Origin: Bugula neritina | Taxonomy: Eukaryota > Animalia > Bryozoa | DNA length: 64,000 bases | Direction of reading: 5' to 3' | Assembly: GCA_964035545.1 (NCBI GenBank) | Contig: OZ037772.1 | Location: 310,001-374,000 of the forward strand | Part shown: one piece after another, positions 55,052 to 64,000 of the stretch | How the letters are laid out: every line of letters begins with the position of its first letter | Numbering within the stretch: position 1 is the stretch's first letter | Translations under genes and position numbers: made by a program | Notes under the pieces: model-generated | Databases searched by the model: none | What the model was told of the DNA's origin: nothing | What the model saw: only the letters and a program-made list of their open reading frames with translations

Positions 55052-56595
55052 GCTCTAGTTGAAAAACTGTTATATAAAGTTTATTACTTCAAATACTATA
55101 CAAATATTATTAGTAGCTTGACATTTGTTATCATTAAGGAGTGTTTAATATAAATATAATACTTGAGATAAACATTATCATGTGTTATAATGTAGTCTGA
55201 AGTTATATCATATGACTTGACTATTTCTACTAGAGTTAGGGTGGGTCACCTGACAGCCCACACATATCTACACTGGTGTCAGGTGATAATGGTACAATTG
55301 GCAAAATAGGTAAAACTAGCACATTTTCAATATTAAGGTTTGAGGCAGGTTAAGTAGTTAGGAAGGAGTTAAGGTTTGAGAATCAGGTTCTGAGTTTGGG
55401 GTTTGGGTTTTGAGTTTGTGGTTTGCCCTCCTAATTACGCTTAACGTATTGTATGTCATAACAGCAAATTTCAGCCATTCCTGGTATAAGTTGCAGCGTT
55501 AATCAAGCACTGCTTGGCTCAAAAAATCACACCAGGCAGAGTTGATATGGTACTATAAAATTTAAAAAATACTTTCCGCTGGTTTGTTTTAATCGCTTAT
55601 TGTTGATTTAATTTAATAAATTCAAAAGTTTCAAAGGATTAAAATATCTTTTTCCCCTTGCTTAAATTAAACTCAGCTTAAAAATGTAGATTTCACTAAT
55701 TACTAAAGTATGCAAACCGACAATGTAAAAATTAATTGGACAGCTTAAATATTTTTATTATTCAAATTAGTTTGCACAATTATATATTTAATGGACACAT
55801 ATATTTAAAGGAGAGGTTTCTTTTTTTAAATGCTTTTATCTAGTCAATAACATTATTATCACATTTTTTGAAAATAATTTTGCAATAATTTGTGAATAAC
55901 ATTCAAAGGAGTACAAGTAACCGCAGACAAGAATTAGCCTTATTATGATTGGTCATAGCTCAACGTCATGCGTTGTACTTTTCTCAGTGTGTGACGCATG
56001 TTGACCAAACGTAACAGCAGGGCAATTTTATGTTTACCGTATGGTAAATGTGAATAAGGGGTTAGAGTTGAGGGTTTGATTTTGGAGTTTAAGAAAACTT
56101 ATAAACACCAGTAAGCCAGTTTTTCCTGCTAGGCTTTTTCCATTTGTGCCCTTGATACCAGAACCATTATTACCTGCGTGCCATTCTACCTGCGTGCCAT
56201 TTTATTTGTGCCATTTTATACCTGTGCCATTTTACCTGTGCCATTATTACTTGTGCCATTATTACCTGTGCAATTTTCCCTCTGCCATTATTACCTAAAA
56301 TCAACTACACTACATCACATGCTGTAGGAACACTATGGCACTCTAATTGAAAAATTGTTATCTATAAAGTTTGTTACTTCAAGTACTATACAAATATTAT
56401 TAGTAACTTGACATTTCTTATCCCTAAGGGGTGTTTAATATAAATATAATACTTGAGATAAACATCACATGTGATATAATGTAGCCTGAAGTTATATCAC
56501 ATGACTTGACTATTTCTACTAGAGTTAGGGTGGGTTACCCCACAGCCCACACATACAACTACACTATACACCACATGCTGTAGGAACACTGGCAC
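55052..56595. repeat. ~260-bp tandem duplication; the first copy is interrupted by a MITE
   Basis: 55052-55274 plus 56312-56340 aligns to 56341-56595. Confidence 0.9.
55275..56302 (+). mobile_element. Mutator-like MITE with 9-bp TSD, probably carrying a nested TIR element (~55423-56025)
   Basis: TSD atctacact / aactacact; the empty site is visible in the duplicate copy; tandem GTGCCATTATTACCT subterminal repeats. Confidence 0.85.
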
Positions 56596-58828
56596 AGCTG
56601 AGGCTAGGCTGACTAATAGGTATGGAATAGTTGACCCAGCAGTTATATACTTTGTTATAGAAACTCTAACTTTTTAGTATTAGAATATAAATAATTCTCT
56701 AAAGATTTGGTATATCAGAAAGAGCGTCACTCAACACCAATTAACTTGGTTGTCTCAATCAGAGCTGGTCTCTGTGTAGTTCAGTTTGTTTTAAAGGTTC
56801 TCTGAAGCTTCCCCAGTCTTTATGAGCTCTCTTTAGATATATACAATAGTTTTAATACAATACAAAGACAATTATTGTTAACACATGTCAAGTAATAGAA
56901 CAGGAATAAGGCCTCTCTGGTAGTTATTTGAATATCTACAAGAAGTATAACTAAATATACAATAATAACTACATATCTAGAAACATGCAGAATATTATAC
57001 TTGAATAAATCTCTTGTAACAAAGTATTGTTACATAACTGGAAAATAGAGAAACTATATTTCACAATTCAGAACACAATCTGCAATCAGCATTCAGTGCT
57101 GAAATTAAGCAAAAGCGATGACAGTTGTTATATGAATATAATAATATCATGATGTAAATAATGATAATGATATTATATTCATATACCAAATGTCATTGCA
57201 GTTCCCTAAGCCAAGCGTAACTGGTTATTGTTTGTCACGTGACTCAACAAATACACGCCCCTTCCGTTGTAACATTATAACGTCATTGAACACAGTCATT
57301 CACACGTTGACTGAAGAGGGCTACACACTGATAACTCGGAGGTTAGTATAACATTTATAGACTTGGTTTATCAATAGTCGGCAATCAGTATAAGTATTAC
57401 ATTTACTACATTACTATAACTATTAGAATTAGATTCAGTGTTGCAATCAGTTTTAATACCACGCTCGCTACCATCATCATTAAATTTATTTAAAATGATT
57501 ATCTTAACAAGTTATACTTATAGTAGGTTTATTAATATTATTATTTATAACCAGTGAGTCACTTATCTTTACTTTGTGAATTTATAATTGTAACACTGAA
57601 TAGCATTATCATCATTATAATTATAGTAATAATTATAATTATAATTGCAAGTTTTTAAATTAATGTTACACTTACTCGATTTGAATATCAGAATATCTTA
57701 CCACTGGCACTAGTCAGTTATTAATGACAGTGCATAGTGATCACTGCATGTGAGACATTGTCATACCCTGCACATTCCAATGCACTGCCCTTCTGTATTC
57801 ATTGTGAATAGCATATTTAGTTGGCTTATATTATTTTTCTCAGCTTTGATTATACAACTAACATGTAGTGCACTGCTCTAATTTATGTAACAACACTAGT
57901 TGCTGCTATCTTTACCTCTAAATTTATATCATTTAAAAAACTAACATATTTACATGATAGGTATTAAAATTAAAGTTACATAATTGGAATTGACTATTCT
58001 ATAGATTACTGAGAATATAAGGTTAGCCGCATTTATATGATGTACTCTTGTTGTAGACATAAAATATGAGGTTAGTGTTAATAAATCATTTGCTAGGTAA
58101 GAGTGTAGAATAAATAATTTGCTAGAGATGAGTGTAGAAGCTGCCAACTCATGAAACAACTACACCTGACCTAACAGAAGCACAAACATGTTAAATTAGT
58201 TTGTTTCACACCACCATAGTTTCTATTAGATGATTAGAATAGCAAACTAGCAATTGATGGCATGTTTCCTGACAGATGGAAGGGTGACTCTAAGTAACAT
58301 ATTAAATCATGCATCACTAACACTGCAGAAATGTTAAAATGAGTTTTGTCATGTAGATTATCAAGGAAACAAAGAATTTCCAACACCCAGCACAAAATAT
58401 TTCATAGAACTATGTTTTCTCACACTGCTATGTTCCCCCTGTTTAGTTTCTCACTCATGCTATACACTCCTTGCTATGTAATAGTTCATAGTACACCCTG
58501 GGAAGGAACAAAGTCTATCCTATGCTCAAGTGTAGACTCTGTCCCAGTAGTGTGTCAAAATACTCAGTTAGAAACACATTATTATTGGGAGTTCATGAAG
58601 TCTCCAGCTTACATAAGCAGCTGAGCCCAATTGCGCTGTTTGTTCATAAAAGTAATACATAACTCACTGGTATTCATGTTTCACTTCTACTCTACATTTT
58701 GATGGTCTGGTTATGACTTAGAACTTAATAGGCCAGTCTTTGGTTGGGAAACCTTCACATATGCAGTGTAAAATATTATTCTAAGAGTATGTGTATCTTT
58801 TACAGGATTACCTTATTATATAACCAAG

Positions 58829-61800
58829 ATGGCAGAATCCAGAGTTGTGAAAAAAAGACTAAACAATTCATATCGCTGTGGGTACTGCTCGCAGTACTTC
58901 AACAAACTTGAAGATCCCAGAACTCTGCCCTGTCTGCATGTGTACTGCATGAGATGTTTGAAGACTGACATCGGTGGTAGGAAGGATCATATCAGATGTG
59001 CTTATTGTAGGTGAGTTACAGTACATAACACAATATATCATGTCGTAGGTTTGCATATGATTTTCTCACTATCATCTAGGAGTTGTCTGATCTGTGTCTA
59101 TGAAAAGCTAACAATACTGTATATTCTATGTGAACTCAGGTTACTAACTTGTGGAGTGTGTGGATATCTTCTCATCAGGTAGAGAAAGTAACTGTTATGT
59201 AGATTACACCATCAGCTGTCCTCTCTTGTTGAATTGTGGTACTGTTGGATGTCATGGGATTGGGGTTGTCTCCTCATTATATTACTTTGTTCTCATACAG
59301 TACAAGACTTGTTAGACCAACCTTTTTCATGTCATCCCCACTTTCATAAATGTTTACTATTAATTATCCCCCCTTTAAAAAACGAAAAAATTTATGACTG
59401 ACATAATGATAATATAGATTACTATGCAATATTTTTCCTATTACATTTGAATATAATATAGTTATTTCTGATAATTATATTATGCATGTATAAAACACAG
59501 AGCAGTTCAATTATTAATATTATGGCTGCAGCTGATGACATTGTTTCAGCTTGCTTTCAAACCTCCCACCCCAACCCCTAAACCCCAACCCCAATATTGT
59601 AATTAAAACACATTCATGTAGAAGTAGACTGAGATGGCAGAATTGGTTAAATAGATAAGCTAAGATGAATGCTTATAGATATACATGTACATGTAACTTG
59701 CAAGAGCTCAAAAGTCTTCAACAAACTGCTTGAAATTTTTGAAATCAAAATCTCAGCTCTCCCTAAAAAGCCCAAATTCCCTCTTAGAAGAATCCCCCAG
59801 GTTGGGAACCACTGTGTTGAATTGACTTGTGATTATAAACATGTATGATGTTGTCATGACAACAGAGTTGCTGTGGCACAAAGTACAGTTTACTAGTATG
59901 TAGTGATTGTGTAGTGAGAATGGAGTGTCTGGTTATTGTCCATGGTTATGTGTAATCTGTAAGGAGTAGAATTATATTATTTTAATATAATGTTGAGGTA
60001 CTTTTATAATGGCAGTTTGCTCAATAGCTTTAGTTCTAATGCGATAGACTCATAGCTCTGGAGTCTAGCAGCTGTTACTATTACCACTAGCTGTTCAAAA
60101 TTCGACCAACATCCGGGCTGCCAAAGCATAATAGCCATTGACATTAAGGCCAAGCAGTCACTGGGAAATTATTTGACTAAAGAGCAGGTCTTATGACAAT
60201 TAGTAGTCAGTCCCTTAGACAGGAAACAGTGATTCTGTGACCTATGTAGTTAAATCCAATGCTGAACTTTTGATTGACTATTAGATGGCCATCACAATTG
60301 TATTTGGTAGTGAGTTGTACAATATAATATTATGGGGTGCCAATCAGTGTCTAATATAGTCTGTGAATTGAGTGTCTCCTTTAGCTTTGATGAGTTGATT
60401 ACTTCTTCTACCATCAGTCAGTTGTATTGAGTGTTACTTTGTATTGAGTGATGAATAGTGTTAAGGATTTGGGCCTATATTATGCCAACCCACCCTCTCT
60501 GACTTAGACTGTGACCCAACCTGCTGCACATACATAGTAGTACTACACTGAAGATAGTCAACATGTGTATATATCATATACATATATATATATAACATAA
60601 CTATATATATACATGCATATATCATCCTACTAGTAATGGATTACTAAGTACAAGTTATCCTATGACTCACTCTTCTTATGCTAGCTGCACGAGATAGGCA
60701 ACTCACACGTGACACGCACTCACAGCGCACTAGCTCTTGACACATTGCCAAGGATGATGAAATGACAGTTTCGCGCCACTCCTAGCAGTTAGAGTGGCAG
60801 GGAATAGTTGTAGTATGTTGTAGTATTGGCTCCTCAGAATTCACTCCTCAGTAATTAGTTGCATTGCACAAACTTGCAACAAAAGTGAATAATTATTGAC
60901 AATATGGCCTCCACTCAGTAGTTAACTAGTAATTTATCTTATCATTTTACTCTACAAGTTACAGTTGAGTCTATTTGTTGAGTAGCAGTTCTTTGTCATG
61001 AGTGACTATTTTCCAGCATATTAGTACATAATATAGTCAAGTGTGTTTGTGTGATAGCCTGTGGTCTTTATAATGAATGTCTGTTGATGAGTGATGAGTA
61101 TTTATTTGACTATTTGTCAAGGACATAGCTGTGTGTGTGTGTGGAGTATTTCATTACTTGAGATATACTAAACACAGCTAACACAGGTAACATACTGATT
61201 GCTATATATTGTAGGAAAGATCACTATGACATCACAGATCCCACAACACTACCAGTAGCTCAGCATGGAGACCCGTTAGAATACAAGTCTCCACCCAAAC
61301 CTGCACCCATTCCCTGCGATGTGTGTAAAGGTGGAACACAAGCTGCTGTGTTTTGTCTTGAGAGTCAAAAGAAATTGTGTCAGCAGCATCAAGAAGTGAG
61401 TCTTTCTTATGTCATTTCTCAAGATTAGTTACTAAACCAGTTCTGGTTTGTATGTAGAATATTATTGAAAAGAAATGTTGAGTCTGTAGGACTTTTTATA
61501 CTAAACACACAGTTTCACAGTGCAGTGAGTCAACTATGACAGACTTGTTGGTGAAAATACAACCAACTAAACTGTTGACCTTTATTATACAGAATCACAG
61601 AGAGCTGATGGGAGATAGACATCAGTTTATTGACATTGAGGTCTACAGAGCTTCTCCCCAAAGATATACTATAACTGAATGTGAACATCATAAACAGGAA
61701 CAGCTGACAGAAGTGTGTTCCAAGTGTCACCAGATATTCTGTATGAGATGTGATATGAGGACTGGCTGTAAGGATAAGACAGGTATTTACTTGCTGTTTC

Positions 61801-63705
61801 TATTTCTGTAGGAAGAAACTGAGAAATGTTACAAGAAACTGTTATTTATTATTTTATTATTAAAGTGAGTTATGTAACAGTAAAAGAGGAAGTAAGTTTG
61901 TCAGCATTAAGGTTTGTGTGAGACAGAAGTGGATAGTGCAGGAGTTGATATTCTCACTGTTATGTTGAATATTTAGTATATTTCATCCTTCAAGTGTCTG
62001 TTTCCTTGATAAGATGGTATAGGCATAGCTTTAACTCAGTGGTGTCCCACCTTCTTCATACCATTCCCCTTTTTATAAATGTTTTCTATTAAGTTTCCCC
62101 CCTTTTGAGAAACACTGTAACTTATATTCATAAAGAAAATCAGGGTACAGATTTTTTCCAGAAAAGGCCAGTGTGTTTGACATGGACCAGTGTCTGCCAC
62201 AGCTTCAGTTTAGCTTTGAAAGCATTGATGCTGGTATCAAAAGCAGTGAGTTGATGATTATACTCATTCATTTTAGGTTCAGAGTTTATAGTACAGCAAA
62301 TATATCTACTAGGTATTCAGGAAATATTTTATGGAGATCAGTTTGACTGGCTGCAACAAATTCCTGTTAGTTTTTGCTTTCAAGAAACTTTTTAACCTCC
62401 ATTCGTAGTAGGAAGGGTAGCAGCTAGAGTAGAAAAGGAAAAGGCACTTTGTGTTTGACATGGACCAGTGTCTGCCACAACTTGAGTTTAGTTATAGTTA
62501 TACATATACATGTAACCTGGAAAACAAGGCAAGAGCTCAAAGAAATGAAACCCCTGAAAAGCCCAAATTCCCTGCAAGGGGAATTCCCCCCCCCAAGGTT
62601 GGGAGCCACTGCTGTGATTAATGAGCTAACCTGTGAAATATTTCTAGTCCAACCAACTGTCTAGTTATCACATAGTATGTGTATAGTGATACATCATCAA
62701 CCTGTAGTTAGAAGTATAGTAGGTGCAGAATAAGTACAATATCATATCTTTTATGGATCGTGTGATTTTATGTATACAGAGGAGACAGTAGCATCCCATG
62801 ACTTGGCATCTTTGAGTGATTTGTCTTGTGAGTTACGAGAAAGTCTGACTGGTGGAATAGAGACTCTGTCTGAGAAAGTTGCAGAGTTGAATGACATCTC
62901 AAAGGATGCCTGGAAAGAACTGAGTAAAATAGAAGATGAAGTGAAGAAGATGGTTGCCAGAGTAAACTCTGTAGCTGACGCTCAGGTATGCTGACATGAT
63001 GATGTCATCTAATGTATTTCTGTTTGTCTGAAATTAGGTTTTGCATGTGGTCTTTGAGTTGTAAATAGAAATGAATTCCATTTGCCACTAGAATTAACTG
63101 GCCATTAAAGCTTTATCATTCTGTGTACAAGTAGCAGTAGTCATTCATCACATGTTACTCAGTGCAGAGGAACCTGTCAATACAGATGACTCACTCATCC
63201 TTCTGCAACTGTCAATCACTCACACACAGAGAGGTTGGCTGTGTGAGTGATTGACAGGTGTCAGGAGGAGGAGACTAGTCACGTGATGTACTAGCTCTCT
63301 GCTGTGTATAGAGTGTCACGTGACTGAGTCATTGTCCACTCAGTGGGTGATCTGTTATTTTCATTTCAAGTGTAGAGGTTGTGAGGTGCAGATGTGGTTA
63401 CGCTGTGTTACTATTTATTAGATAGAAAAGATTAGAAAGAGAGCTACAAACCTGAGGCTAGAAATATATGGATATTTGAAGAGCTGCACACAGAAAGTGG
63501 ATAATTATAGAATAGAGCTGGCCTTGAGTAAGACAATGGGCAGACAGTCTCTGCTGGACACAGTGCAACATGCAGTTGATAAGTTCAATGATGCAGGGAT
63601 TGTGAGAGACTACAAAGAGATGAGTGAGAAGATGGAAAAGGCTACAGATATTGGTGTAATAGAGAAGTGTGTACTTCCAGACAGCATCTTGGTGCCAACA
63701 TGTAG
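58829..63705 (+). CDS. TRIM/RBCC protein (RING, two B-boxes, coiled coil); 5' exons, continues beyond the window
   Basis: Phase-consistent, stop-free exons 58829-59010 (C3HC4 RING), 61215-61395 (B-box1, one C>S), 61593-61782 (B-box2-like), 62780-62985 and 63422-~63705 (coiled coil). Confidence 0.88.
59308..59814 (+). mobile_element. hAT-like MITE (...GGTTGGGAACCACTG end)
   Basis: Charlie-type CAGTGGTTCCCAACC terminus; both ends are shared with 62037-62611. Confidence 0.6.
62037..62611 (+). mobile_element. hAT-like MITE, second copy
   Basis: CAGTGGTGTCCCACC ... GGTTGGGAGCCACTG imperfect TIRs; TSD not clear. Confidence 0.65.
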
Positions 63706-64000
63706 GTGGAGTCTATAAATAGTAACACTAACTATAAATAACTTTCTGCTTGTAATTAGTTGAGTTGTTTTCACTGAATATTTTAATAGTAGAATAAGTA
63801 GATAGAGTTTATTTATTAGAGAATTGAGTTTTATTCTACTCTCACATTATGAGACATTTCTGCAGTGTTTCAGAGTTTATGATGTATAAGTGAGCTGCTA
63901 AACTGTGTTATGCTGACTACCTGCTGTCAGTATTAACAAGATATTCTCACTTAGACCTGTGCATCACGTAGCAACTTGTAGTAACTACAGACTGCTTGTA

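Noticed and set aside
60381-60396. AGCTTTGATGAG resembles the 3' half of miR-2
   Set aside because: The seed UAUCACAG is absent and there is no hairpin.

Overview
AT-rich, intron-rich invertebrate animal genomic DNA; the species cannot be fixed from sequence alone. The first ~47 kb hold five consecutive spliced genes that all look dead: valyl-tRNA synthetase (-), a short fibrillar collagen with Cys-rich N-terminal repeats (+), a coiled-coil protein with a PACT-like C-terminus (-), an unidentified gene (-) and alpha-tubulin N-acetyltransferase ATAT1 (-). They keep their introns and mostly intact splice sites, but carry in-frame stops (many CGA/CAG/TGG-derived), frameshifts and missing exons. 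Between them lie minisatellites, SINEs, MITEs, a DUF4806-bearing CACTA/EnSpm-like relic and gypsy gag fragments. At 48.5-53.9 kb is a younger Ty3/gypsy element with 5' LTR, tRNA-Leu PBS, intact gag and a -1 frameshift cassette. Its protease is split by a CACAG-ended DNA transposon and its integrase is 3'-truncated. From 58.8 kb an apparently intact RING/B-box/coiled-coil (TRIM) gene runs off the window end. All exon models were assembled by eye.
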